The translations under genes were made by a program, and so were the position numbers. From Octopus bimaculoides (lineage: Eukaryota): DNA of 64,000 nucleotides. The stretch lies in NCBI RefSeq assembly GCF_001194135.2, contig NC_068981.1, positions 140,225,915 to 140,289,914 on the forward strand, in the 5' to 3' direction. Below are positions 25,174 through 37,760 of this stretch, piece by piece (positions within the stretch are counted from its first letter, which is position 1; each line of letters opens with the position of its first letter). Under the pieces are notes generated by a model. The model made no database searches. It was not told the origin of the DNA and saw only the letters and a list, made by a program, of their open reading frames with translations.

Positions 25174-25879
25174 CGAGTGGTTGCTGAAAGTTCGAGACTT
25201 TAAGGGTATCGCAAAAATCCTGTTGGAAGACACAAACTTCCGAGTTTTTTTTTTACAAGGCTTAGAAAAAACTGAAATGCAGCTGTAATATGTGTTATCA
25301 AAAATTACCGAACTAGTTATATTTAATAAAAAAAAATAACTTATTTACTTTGTTTTAACATAATTTCCTTCAAAATAGTCACTTTGCGTTGCAATTCACC
25401 GGAGTTTTCTCCACATTCCCGGGAATGGCCCTCTTGAAAGCTCTTCCAAATTTCTTATCACCTTTCATAGACGTTCTTCCCCTTTTGAAGTGCCGGTGCC
25501 ACTGAAAACATTGCGTACATCCCATTGACTCCTCATCATAAGCATGCTCAAACTTCCCAAACTTAACGCAAAATTTTACGTTTTTTGTTCCAGTTCCCTG
25601 TCTATGACATCATTCCAAACTACAGCATACATGTGATCACAAAAACACAAATTTCACAACAGCGGTGTCACTCGGGACACTGCCTCATGAAGGTTATTGT
25701 TCGCTCTAACTGTGCACGCAACCGTATGCGGCCGTCTTTGACGCGCTACAGAACTAGACCGGTAAAGTTTTGATATCACTTCGTAAATGTGTGAATCTGA
25801 GAGTGGAATATATTGAACAGAATTGTAACTAACTGTATTTTCTCTTGCCTAAAGCCAAGAACTTTTCAGCACACCCTGG
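25174..25879 (+). mobile_element. Short mariner-derived element (outer; 25174-25290 plus 25786-25879)
   Basis: TA-flanked TIRs CGAGTGGTTGCTGAAAGTTC and GAACTTTTCAGCACACCCTGG; encodes only a transposase C-terminus QGLEK/LKCSCN-KCVNLRVEYIEQN once the inner element is removed. Confidence 0.8.
25291..25783 (-). mobile_element. Nested mariner deletion derivative (inner element)
   Basis: Imperfect TIRs TTATCAAAAATTACCGAACTAG and CTAGACCGGTAAAGTTTTGATATCACTTCG, TA at both ends; minus-strand NVKFCVKFGK...AYDEESMGCTQCFQWHRHFKRGRTSMKGDKKFGR is the mariner N-terminal HTH region. Confidence 0.8.
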
Positions 25880-26029
25880 TATGTGTAAGTGGCTAGGTAT
25901 TTCCCAGACTCGAGTACGCTTTATATATTACTCTGCAAAATCACGTGCACTACAAAACGTCACCTTTGAATTTTTGGTAAAAATAAAGTCAGAGAGAATA
26001 TGCAGATAGATAAAGAAGAATGATAAATC

Positions 26030-26140
26030 TTATTACTGGACTTTATATCGCATCATAGATTAATGAGGTCAAAATATGATTTCGTGGGATTTCAATTTTC
26101 TGCTTAGAAAGCCAGAACAAATACTGTAATATGTTCTATC
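26030..26140 (-). mobile_element. Highly degraded family A-like SINE fragment
   Basis: TACTGGACTTTATATCGGC...GAGGTCAAAATATGATTTCGTGGGATTTCAA loosely aligns with minus-strand family A. Confidence 0.35.
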
Positions 26141-26457
26141 CAATGACCAAGGATTAGATTAGACTAATGTTCTCTTCCCTAGATCTAGTAAATTCAGGAA
26201 ATAGTTAGCAACAACTGTATAGTCATAGCGTTGCTGAAGTAGAAGTTAGATTGGTTAAAGTTGTGAGATGGAATAATATTTTTGTTTGCTATATTTATGA
26301 GTTAATTTTCAACAAATGAAGTAGAGACAAATATTTTCCGCTTCTTGTTCATCTCAAATTTTTTCATAACCTAGCGATATACACTGATCACTTTTCAACA
26401 GCATTTGCATAATACAGTTCTTTGCATAATTTATTCTGTGTGGTATACACACGGAAG

Positions 26458-26518
<61 letters not shown>

Positions 26519-28040
26519 GATGACAACACACACACATACGTACACACGCATGCGCGCACACACATACACACGATGGGCCTCTGCAGTGATACCGCATACC
26601 TACTGCATTTCAAGGAATATTGAATCAATTCAAATTGCGTAACACAAAACAATTATTGCTTCGTTCAAGGATTGAAAGTCAAACGACGCTTTTTATGAAG
26701 TACCAGTCTTAACCAAATCCTAGAGCTATACCAATACATTTTAGTTATCCTATTTTACTAAAGCTTTATTAAACAGCATGCCAACATAGTTTTTTTGAGA
26801 AATTCCAAGGACAATAAAATTATTATCCTTCCCCTATTACAGCCATGATACGTCGCAATAGCTCGTTAGTGCACCTCCACTCAGTAGAAAGATGTTTTTC
26901 ATAGTTTTTAAGGAGTCATTCTTTTTATTGTTCTCACACCTCTTATCTACATTTTTTATTCTTTCGGAAGAGCCTGACAGCGACTACCCAGAACTATTCA
27001 ACCTAGTGGCATTGTATTCCTGTTCAAGCTTCATAAATGGGTAGCTAATTAACATTTTCAACCGAATTCTAATTTTTTAAGGAGAAGATCACGCATATCG
27101 AAAAACTCATTCTCTACCACAGACTTCTAACTCAAATATTTAATGCTCATTCATTACCAAAAAATTGCATGACGAAAACTGTAAAACGAAATTTAAAATC
27201 AATGAACTAATGTCTTTGAAATAATAAAAGAGTATGATACCTAAGCTGAACATAATACTTTATATAATGGGGAAGTTTAAGAAACACACGCACATTTTTT
27301 AAGCAAAGAAATAAGAGATATAAAAATTATTGTTAACAATTGAAAATATCGAAATGATTTTGCAATTGCTGGACTAAAGCTATAGAAATAACAATACAAG
27401 AAACAGCTAATAACCGTGGTAAAGAATAACTAAAAAGTGAGTAAGGTAAAAAGAAAAGGAAGAAGGAAAATAGCATAAAATCAAATACAGAGTATTCTAA
27501 TCATCTCAGAAGAATTTGAATTGTATTCAGAAAGCAAACACAGCAAGGAAATTGTCAACAAGAGAATTGTATAAACAGAGCAGAGTGGTAGAAATCCGCA
27601 ATTAAGTATGTTTCCAGTGGGAAATTGTTAGTCAAAAGGAATCCCGGATGTTCTATGTGCAATACACAAGCTGCAAAATAACAAACAAATTGGATGCTTC
27701 TGCTGTGGTATCATTAGATTGTTTTGGATAATTTCACGTTTCATTGGATAGGAGATAGAGACGGGAGCGTTCAAATAAAATCTGTCGTGTTTCACACTCT
27801 TTCATCTTTCAAGAACACGCATTAAAATGATGCATATTCTCTGCAGATAGCCTCTCTCTTCCAAAGCATTGCAAAACTTGTTATTGGATATAACATTTGT
27901 TATTGCCGCATTTAAACTGACGTGGAATTCAGTGAATATAGAGATCGAGTAATTCTACGAATATTTGAATATTTTTATCATGTACAACTTTCTAAGTCCT
28001 GGCATTCATGTTATTAGTAATAATTGGTATTAATATTGCC

Positions 28041-28638
28041 AAAGCGGTGAGCTGGCAGAATCATTAGCACGTCGGTCAGAATACTTAGTAGCTTTTCGTC
28101 CGTCTTTACGTTCTGAGTTCAAATTCTGCCGGAGCCGATTTCATCTTTCCTTCATTCGGGTATCGATAAAATATATACTAGTTAAGTTTTCGGTTTCAAC
28201 TGAACGCCTTTCCGAAATTGCTGGCTTGTGCCAAAACTTGAAACCATTATTACTATCGCCATTAAGACGGCGAGCTGGCAGAAACGTTAGAGCAACGGAG
28301 AAAATGATAAGCTGTACCTCGTCTGAGGTCGACTGCGCCTTCCAGCTTTTCGGACGCGATAAAATAAGCACCGGTTGAATATTGGAGTTGCTACAATCGA
28401 CTAGACCTATCCCTCAAAATTTCAGTCCTTGTACCTATAGTAGAAAGGATAGTTATAATTATGATCATTGCAATAGTTAATATTATTGTTGCGATCTGAG
28501 TTCAAATTCTTCCGAGGTCCACTTTACCTTTCATCCTTTCAGAGTCGGGAAAATATAATCCAGATGAGTACTGAGGTCAACGTAATCGACTTAGACGAAA
28601 TTGCTGGTCTTGTGCCAAGATTTGAAATCAATATTATT
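28041..28638 (+). mobile_element. Three tandem same-strand SINE family A copies (about 28041-28250, 28263-28450, 28491-28638)
   Basis: Heads AAAGCGGTGAGCTGGCAGAATC and AAGACGGCGAGCTGGCAGAAACG; B boxes GAGTTCAAATTC in copies 1 and 3; copy 2 internally deleted, copy 3 5'-truncated. Confidence 0.9.
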
Positions 28639-28993
28639 GTTGTCATCTTAGTCTTTCTCATAGTTTGTACAAACGTACCACAAATCTCCTAATATGATTT
28701 TGAACTAAAAAATTGTAACGCATCAGCATCACGCATATAAAAATATATTTATCTATATATGTATGTGCGTGTGTGTGCACGTAACTGCATCTGTATCATT
28801 CAATGACCAATTTTAAATACTATTGGAACTTACACACTAGGTAAAGAAAACTTATACGTATACCATTCTGCTTAAATAATGGAACTGCAGATACAATATC
28901 TCGGCATATCTCACGTCTGTTTTCATTCCTCCACTTCATACTCTCTTTCATATCTTCTCTAGAATAACTATTGCTTAACTATTTTCTCACACC

Positions 28994-29041
28994 ATCTCCG
29001 ATGAAGGGGTGTATGAAATATTCCGGAAACAGCTGTAAGAC
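28994..29041 (+). ncRNA. Minimal type I hammerhead variant (CCGAUGA core)
   Basis: TCT-CCGATGA-A-GGGGTGT-ATGAA-ATATTCC-G-GAAAC-AGCT-GTA-AGA: stem I TCT/AGA, 7-bp stem II including G.U pairs, stem III AC/GT closed by palindromic AGCT, GUA triplet. Confidence 0.6.
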
Positions 29042-29262
29042 CTCTTTATAAATGTTCTGAAATCTTTCACAGCCTGGGATTTTTATCTCATTCTGTTAAT
29101 TTTTTATATATACGCATGCTGATATATGACCTACGTTGGACTCATCATTCACATAATCGCCGAACCTGGAGCTTAACTATAGTCTGTCTATAGCACTTAC
29201 TCAGCATTACCTGCCACCTTTGGGTTTTATTGACACCAGTACCTCTCATAACACACACACAC

Positions 29263-29293
<31 letters not shown>

Positions 29294-29671
29294 CATATAC
29301 GCACAAATACCAGTATGTCATTGATCCCCATATACTGCATTAATATTCCTCGCACTTTCCGTTGCGCTGTTGCCTTTATTGAACTCATAAAGTAAAATAT
29401 GCCGAACATGTTCCTTTGTCACTTCTATTATAGCTTTGAACAAATAACTGAAATTCGAACTGCGCCCTTCAAACCTTGCTCTAGGAAAAAGCACAAGGTA
29501 GAATTACTATCTGTTTTTCTAGTAAGTTGATGCAAATAGTTTAGCCCCTCCCCCTCCAACTTTTAGGTAATGTTATTGAATAAACCGCATTATTTATGGG
29601 ATGACCCAACATATACACGTACATCACATACCCAACGCGCGCGCGCACACACACACAAATACACACATTGA

Positions 29672-29911
29672 GGACACATGGCCTGGTGCTTAGGGTGTTC
29701 TCCTTACAATCGCGTGATCGCGGTTTCAGTTTTTTTTCTTGAACAATCTCATGTCTCTCATGTCTCTCTGCGAGCACCGTGACAACTGACGCGCATTTCA
29801 CCGTGCACCTGTACAGGCAACGTCGATTTGGTGGGGAGATTCAGCTCATGCACAGCACATACATTTGGTCATTATAAAAAATAAACCATTTTGCGCAAGT
29901 CATTCGGCAAT
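29672..29911 (+). mobile_element. tRNA-derived SINE, family C variant
   Basis: GGACACATGGCCTGGTGCTTAGGGTGTTCTCCTTACAATCGCGTGATCGCGGTTTCAG: A-box-like and B-box-like tRNA head, deleted core, distinct 3' region. Confidence 0.6.
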
Positions 29912-31048
29912 ATATATACATATGAAAGCACAACATGCAGGTTTGTGACTAGCGAAGTGTTCCATAAATCAAAAGGCAATCCGTAAGAATTCGACTGAGA
30001 TTCAAAGTAGCACTAATCAACTACAAGTTAAATCACTGTGGGCTTAATATATGCCCTGCAGTGTAATAAAAGTAATAATTTAAACGAAGAAAGAAGTCAG
30101 AATCGTTTTCCTAAACCGATAATATAATTTATTCTGTATCACATACAACGTTATGCAATTCATATAAAGTTATGTAATATATGCCATAATATATGGAAAC
30201 ATGCTATAATATTCCTATAATCCATTCAGTTCATCAAATATGATTTAAAGGTACTATGTATATTATGGCATTTTTTACGCACACGGCAGTCCTTTGTGTT
30301 TGATTGCAAATGGTAACTATGGATATAAGCTGGCTGTTTGAGTTGTGCGTGCTTGCTTATTATTTCCTTACGCACCTAAGCTGCTTAAACTCCGACACAT
30401 AGACTACTTTGATAGCTTGCACTGTCAATCGAATATATTGAAACTTCCACTCAATCTATGATGGACTCTCACTAGAGATTCAGCCCAGGATTCTTCATTA
30501 TTTCGTTTCTTTGAAAATCATGGAAATTTTGAAACCGATTTAGTAATAGTAAATAACTTTCCTCAAAAGGTATTTTCAGTATAATCCCTGGTGAAAAAAA
30601 AAACTGATTCAAATCTTGTTCCTTGCCTCTCTCTNNNNNNNNNNNNNNNNNNNNNNNNNNNNNNNNNNNNNNNNNNNNNNNNNNNNNNNNNNNNNNNNNN
30701 NNNNNNNNNNNNNNNNNNNNNNNNNNNNNNNNNNNNNNNNNNNNNNNNNNNNNNNNNNNNNNNNNNNNNNNNNNNNNNNNNNNNNNNNNAAACATTCACA
30801 ACGAAATATATATATATATACATATTCATGCATAAATGTCGAACGACGAGAATGAGTACTCAACTCATCACTTCATCGGTAGATAGAAATGGATTTATGT
30901 TAAAAAAAATGTATCTTAATATATTAACAATTTTTCAAGCGGATTCAAATTGGTGTAAAACACCATTCCTCCATGTAATTGGCTTGAAAAATTGCTTAGA
31001 TATTAAACTATTATTCTTTACATGAAACCGATAGTAGAGTTTATACAG

Positions 31049-31049
<1 letters not shown>

Positions 31050-31098
<49 letters not shown>
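31050..31098. repeat. (TATC)n microsatellite
   Basis: Direct reading. Confidence 0.95.
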
Positions 31099-31989
31099 GT
31101 GTACAGGTGTGCGAGTGTTTTTTCTGTGTGTTTGATTAAAATGATAAAATATCCATAATAACATATTCAGTGTTAATTAATGAAATCTTAAATTTTCATT
31201 GATTTAAGCGATAAAATTGCAGAATACATTACAGAACTAAATTTTGAAATAACTTTTATTTCAATATAGTACGTATATCCATACACACAATCTTCGACAT
31301 AATGCATCATACAACTATCTTATGTATTGAATACATTGAAATTAATCTGATATTGCAATAGATAAAATTTCATTTAATATTGAAATTACTCGATACCATA
31401 TTATATCATTGAAATTAATGTCTAAATGAACATATAATTGACAATCATTTTCAGATCCAATTGATAAATTATTGGATAAGCTGCAAGATTGTCGAAATGA
31501 AGAATATTTATAACCTTGACGTCTAATGATGTCTAACAGTACACACTGTATATATTTATGCTATGTTTACCAATAAATGTTCTCTTGTGTTTCATTGTAA
31601 TTTCATTTTTAGGACATAACGCAGTTTATAATATGCCATGTTCTCGAATCGTATATTTTCATTTAGGAATATATTTAGTTTGATGAAATTTAAATAAATG
31701 AATTGAGGATGCATGTACAGTTACAGATGTGAACCCCTTCTCGCAGACATATTGTATGAAATAGTATCTGTAACATCCAATATTGTCTCGTGGCTTGTCA
31801 AAAGGTGTTTGCTATAAACAGGTATAATATTTGAAAAGAAAATGTAATCGTCAATTATATTTAGTACTTACTTTGCTTAAGCGTAGAATAGAAGATATAG
31901 GGGGGGGGTGGGGTAATTAGTGGCATATATTACTCTGTAAAGAAGTTTATCATTATAAGACATGTATAGATATTCATTTATTCATCAAT

Positions 31990-32392
31990 TTGTTTCAGTC
32001 ATTTGACTGCGGCCATTTTGGAGCGCCGCCTTTAGTTAAACAAATCGACCCCAGGACTTATTTTTTGTAAGCCTAATACTTATAGTAGCAGTCGCTTTTT
32101 GCCGAACAGCTAAGTTATGGGGACGTAAGCACACCAACATCGGTTGCCAAGCGATGGTAGTGGAGACAAACGCAAACACACAATCATCTACACACACACA
32201 CACGCGCGCGCACACACACACATATATACGACGGACTTTCTTTAGTTTCTGTCTACCAAATCCACTCACAAGGTTTTGGTCAGCCCGAGGCTATAGTAGA
32301 AAACACTTGTCAAAAGTGCCACGCAGTGGGACTGAACTCGGAACTATGTGGTTGATAAGCAAGCCACTTACCACACAGACACTCCTGCGCTT
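31990..32392 (-). mobile_element. Full-length SINE family B (tRNA head, CORE-like block, internal microsatellite, 3' tail)
   Basis: Reverse complement starts GCGCAGGAGTGTCTGTGTGGTAAGTGGCTTGCTTATCAACCACATAGTTCCGAGTTCAGTCCCACTGCGTGGCACTTTTGACAAGTG and ends GGCCGCAGTCAAATGACTGAAACA. Confidence 0.9.
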
Positions 32393-32409
32393 GTATATAT
32401 CATATATTA

Positions 32410-32477
32410 TCCTTTACTTGTTACAATCATTTGACTGCAGCCATGCTGGGGCACCACCTTGAAGGCTTTTAGTCGAC
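32410..32477 (-). mobile_element. 3' tail of a second SINE family B copy
   Basis: CATTTGACTGCAGCCATGCTGGGGCACCACCTTGAAGG matches the family B 3' end. Confidence 0.75.
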
Positions 32478-32995
32478 AATGTAAATTTCTTTGCCGTTTG
32501 GGCAAGTAATGCAGTATTTAACATTTTGCGTTTTGCAGTTGATATCTACATTTATTTTGAAAAAGGATTCTCTCTTGAATTTTATGTGGGAACCACTTTC
32601 TAAGTATTTAAAGTTGTTGCATGTTCCTTGAAGATAGGAGATGTGGAACATGTAACAACAACTTTAAATACTTAGAAAGTGTTTCCCACTTTTGAATATA
32701 AATGCAGATATGAACTGCAAAACGAAAAACCTCATATACTGCATTACATACCCAAAATGCAATGAAAATTACATTGGTGAAACAAATAATTCCCTGTGCC
32801 AACGTGCAAGAATCCACAGACAATATATCCGACAAGAGGAATTGTGCAAGATTCCCTTAAGTAAGCACCTAAAAGTATGCAGCGACGGAAGATTCTAAAA
32901 TTTTCCCTTTTACAAAGTGCACGGGAGGATCCGCTATACCGAAAAGCAATGGAATTACATTTCATCAAAAAATTCCCTCCAAAATTGAATGTTTG
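32469..32995. mobile_element. Penelope-like element GIY-YIG remnant (Neptune-like, Cys-rich) with inverted partial duplication: minus arm ~32469-32630, plus arm ~32633-32995
   Basis: Plus: DRRCGTCNNNFKYLES...INADMNCKTKNLIYCITYPKCNENYIGETNNSLCQRARIHRQ...EDPLYRKAMELHFIKKFPPKLNV*. Minus: GTCNNFKYLESGSHIKFK...INVDINCKTQNVKYCITCPNGKEIYIVD. Confidence 0.9.
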
Positions 32996-33590
32996 AAAGA
33001 AAAGCAGAGACAGTACATTTTTTATTCTAAATATAACTCAGAGGAGAAAAAGAAAGAGGAAAAAAGGAAGAAAAGGAAAAAGGAAAAAGGAAAGAAGGGG
33101 AAAAGAGAGAAAGAAAGCAAGAAGACTTTCAGTGATAACCATACCACGCCTGGTTTTTTTTTCTTGAAGAAGTCACCATTCTTAAACCCATTTCAATACA
33201 ATGGTAAAGGACTAAATGAATAAATGAATGTTGAATAGGAAGGGGGATTCCCTCCTCTCTCTCTCCCTCTCTCTCCTTCTTTCTCTCTCTCTCTTTGTCT
33301 ATCCTCTCCATTGTCATGGACCCCCCCCCCCAAAAAAAAACAATGTTCTCGTCTTCTGAACAACCCCCCCCAAAGCATCTGCTTTATATAAAGGAACAAG
33401 CTATTTGTACATTCACAAAATTCTATTTGACAAGTTCGGGAAACGAATGAAAGCGTTAATAACAATGAAAAAATAAACAGGTTTTCTTCCAAAATTCTGG
33501 CGACCTTTTTTCTCAATATTCAATGTCTATACACCACACCTAATACTCTTAATATATTAACAATTTTTCAAACGGATTCAAACTAGAGTC

Positions 33591-33619
33591 CAACACACAC
33601 ACAAACACACACACACACA

Positions 33620-33651
<32 letters not shown>

Positions 33652-33742
33652 GACACACACACACACACACACAAACAAACACACAAACACACACATACAA
33701 ACACACACACACATACATACAACACACATTCGCACACATACA
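33591..33742. repeat. (CA)n-rich microsatellite
   Basis: Direct reading. Confidence 0.95.
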
Positions 33743-33820
33743 ATTGTATGAATTTAGTCTTCTATCTGCCAAATTGTGTAATCGAATGATTTCGTTCTTG
33801 TAAAATTTTTCCTCTATCAG

Positions 33821-33858
33821 GAGAATAATGGAACACTCGTTAGCCGTGAGTGATCGGG
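33821..33858 (+). CDS. Speculative start-containing exon (MEHSLAVSDR)
   Basis: Acceptor TTTTTCCTCTATCAG, ATG at 33828 in AATAATGG context, donor GG|GTAAGT. No homology recognised. Confidence 0.15.
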
Positions 33859-36806
33859 GTAAGTAGCTGGGGTTCTTTCGTATAGGCAGTGATTACGTCC
33901 AAGCCGGCCAACGAGCCACTGACATTATACAAAGGTCAACGGATTAGAAACGAAAGATTGCAAAACATATCGGAATGGAAGTTTGAAGTTTTATCACACC
34001 AGACTTATATTTATTTGATTGAACTTTCTGGTCATTGTCCAACCTTCCAGCAAGCTTCCTCAATTATATGTGACAATGGAAGATTTAGAACCTAAGTGTG
34101 AAATAACGAGACTGAAGGAGCAAGAGAGAGTGAGGGAGAGTAAGCGGAAGTAAAAAGTAGAGAATAATTGTTAAAATGTAATTTGTTTAAACCTTTAGTA
34201 ATTATTAATTCTCTGTCAAATGTATTCATATTAATCTGTCAAATGTATTCATAGTAATCTGTCAAATTCAATGCTTATATATTGGCAATGTTTTAATTAT
34301 TCATCCATCATCTGATAACTTTTAGATTTTGATGACGTGATTGTATATTTTCAAAATGACACTGGAGGGTAGACGTAAGAAGCCAGATCTAGCTAGTTTG
34401 AACATGAAGATCCAAAAGATTTGGGCCGGATATGGTCTGTGTTAATGCACGGGTGAATGTGTATACTCTGAATGGGAGATAAACATTTATGGTGAGAATG
34501 TAACATGGTAGCCAAATGTTGAGAAAATGTTTTTTGACAGCTTGGTTGTTATTCCTGTCTTTCGTTCTGGTGTTTTTTTTTTTATTAGCAAAGTCCCTGT
34601 GACTCATCGACAGAATGAAATGTTTAAGAACTCAAGTAAGTTTTCCTTTCAGGGTGGCCATCTCTGACCGGTAATATATATATTTTCCTCTCTAGAAAGA
34701 ATTTGTTAGAACATATGCGTTTAGTGCCACAAATTGTGTGTTTATTAGAGTGAATTTATAATACACTTTCATCAATGCATTCATTTTATTACCTACATAT
34801 GAAGTATACTCTGCTAACGTTATGAAAAGTCCTCTTCCAGAATATTCATGAATAATACACACAGACACACAGACACAGAAGTGCCATGTGTGTGTGTATA
34901 TATATAAATACCTATGCACATACATCTATATATGCCTATGTCTATGTAAACTAAATATAACACGTGCATCTACCGACGTCGACTCCAAAATGAAATGCAT
35001 AAACGTACAGAAAAGGGCATATATGATCAATAATCAGAAGAGCACATATGTGTGCTTATGTCTACACAGATGCATACACACATGCATACACACAATTGCA
35101 TACACATACACATATACTCTCACTCACACACGCACACACATTTATACACGCCGGAACGCGCGCTCAGTCATTAATGTTATGGACCAAGGCTTTTGGTCTA
35201 ATTCAGTCTGCCTTCGAAATAATATATTAGCTTTAATTTCCCCCAATTTGCTCTATCCTATTCTCAGAATATTTCATAAATTCAAGTATATATATAGAAG
35301 ATATTTCTCGATATTATTACAGGTGTGACTAGCTACTCATTAAATATCGAATAATCCTGTACTTTTTGATATAACATACGCATTTTATTACTTTAATCGC
35401 ACTGTAGAGTAGTATATTTAATGATATTCTCTCATGCATAATAATTTCTGCCAAACATACACACACGCGCTCCCCCCCCCCACGCTCGCACACACACACT
35501 CGCACACACACACTCGCACAAACACACACACATATGTAGCTTGAAAATTTAATCTATAATATATATATNNNNNNNNNNNNNNNNNNNNNNNNNNNNNNNN
35601 NNNNNNNNNNNNNNNNNNNNNNNNNNNNNNNNNNNNNNNNNNNNNNNNNNNNNNNNNNNNNNNNNNNNNNNNNNNNNNNNNNNNNNNNNNNNNNNNNNNN
35701 NNNNNNNNNNNNNNNNNNNNNNNNNNNNNNNNNNNNNNNNNNNNNNNNNNNNNNNNNNNNNNNNNNNNNNNNNNNNNNNNNNNNNNNNNTATATATATAT
35801 ATATATAGATATATATATATAAAGGATAGTTACATACATAATATATACATACATACATATATATATGAATATTTCTATATATGTTCTTATCTTTCTGTTT
35901 TCTGTCTCATTTGATATAATATATCTCAGTACCACAATTACACATTAACAATGGAAGATATAAAATTCTAGTCGTAAACGTTTCTAAACCACCTACCTGA
36001 AGGAATTGAATACAAATTGAAGGATTAAATTTTACTCTACAAATAGCTTTTTCAATTTCAAAGACATCTACAGCCCCAATTCTGCTCCTCACCTACTATA
36101 ATCTTGGTATATACGTTTACTTCAACTTAAAGTTTGAGAATAACTTCGACAAAGACCTATTCAATAACTGGAATCGCGACTTTGCTGATGTATTTCTCTC
36201 CTGTGGTCACGGAGCTTGGATCAACCCTATGACTTTAAAAATATAATTAGTAAGATAAGCCACAGTATCCAATTTAGAAAAGGATATAGCCAAAATTTAA
36301 AAACTAACATTTTTGTACATTTTCATCATATAAAGAAGCACGAACATTGAAACTTCAATTCAGCAGATGTTAAACAATAAAGGTTACTTTCTTCCAGCCA
36401 GCCAAATGCTATGAAAACAGAACATTCACGTTTAAGTAGTGATAAATATTACCACGCGGTATTAATAGGTCGTGTGTCAATAATATATATTGGTTAAGAA
36501 GCTTACTGGATAATCGTCATACCAGTGCCTGTTCTGGCTCTGCTATTCTATATATCGCTACGAAGATGAATCGATGTTATATGTAGCGTCGAAGCTTTCC
36601 TAATTGACAAGACCAAGGAAGCTGGAAATCACGTGATCTGGTGGTCTAAACTCTGGAGGTGGCGGCGATTATCTCCCAGCTAGCCATATAAAGAAAATTG
36701 CATTCATCACGAAAATCCGATATGTGAGTTTCTGTCATGTTAACAACCACAGTACAGTTTAAGTTGAGATAAATATTAACTTTCGGCAATAATACTGCCT
36801 CTGTCG

Positions 36807-36859
<53 letters not shown>

Positions 36860-37299
36860 GTAGTGTTTAAGCTAGAAAGAAGTTTCTGTACAAGTATATC
36901 CAGTCTTGAAATCTCAGAGAGATGTGTTCAAGAACTTAAAGGATATCACTCAAAAGACAATAACCATTAATTTTAATCAATAATGGTATAGAAAATGCAG
37001 AAATTCTAGGAAGCCAAGACGTACCAATAGCAACAACCGGCACCGATGTTTACAATATTTTGCCTTATGTATTTATTCACAATCCAAGAAATACCGAAGC
37101 ATATAACATCAACCGTCTGAATATTCAAAAGGTGTTCAACACACAAAATTCTTAAAAGATAACCCTATCTTTAAAACTTGCTCACCAGTACCAACTTGCC
37201 CGATGGAGATGAAGCTCCAATGACCAGAATTTGCGTCTAGACCAAATACTTTATAATAGCATGATAGAATGAGAAAGTATATTCAACTCAACTAAACAA

Positions 37300-37400
37300 T
37301 CAGTAGCAACAGCAACAGCAACAACATCAACAACAAAAACAACAACAATAACAACAACAACAACAACAACAACAATAATAATAATGATAATAATAATAAC
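37300..37400. repeat. (AGC)n(AAC)n(AAT)n trinucleotide compound repeat
   Basis: Direct reading. Confidence 0.95.
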
Positions 37401-37542
37401 GAAGTTGAGATACCGAATTTCCTTCGGAGTGAAACCCAATCTTGAATGTGCTATATTTTTGAGCTATCTGCTGACCTACTAGATTCGAAAAATTGGTTTA
37501 TGTTTACATCAATTTGGAATATTGGCTTTCATTGATATAAAC

Positions 37543-37760
37543 CTATGGACCCCTTTGATTCCTATTTTACTCGGATGGACCCTCCTAGTCATTTGATGTA
37601 TAAAAAGGATCACATTTTAAGAATGAATTATTATTAGGAGCTTTTTTAAAAATTGTTAGAATATTTACTAGATTGTTGTAATATATAACATTTCTTGCAG
37701 ATAAATTTTTACAACAAAATCTTGTATAGACTCCAAGAGCCATACGGTTGAGAACAACTG
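37543..37760. mobile_element. hAT/Charlie-like MITE, left TIR missing
   Basis: Right terminus GGTTGAGAACAACTG (reverse complement CAGTTGTTCTCAACC) matches the hAT CAGTGGTTCTCAA-type TIR; AT-rich body starting CCTATGGACCCC. Confidence 0.5.

Noticed and set aside
30840-30885. Minus-strand CCGATGA followed by an ATGAGT/ACTCAT hairpin
   Set aside because: No GAAA core half and no stem I.
31707-31778. 9-bp inverted repeat GTTACAGAT/ATCTGTAAC
   Set aside because: Short stem with a long loop; not pre-miRNA-like and expected by chance.
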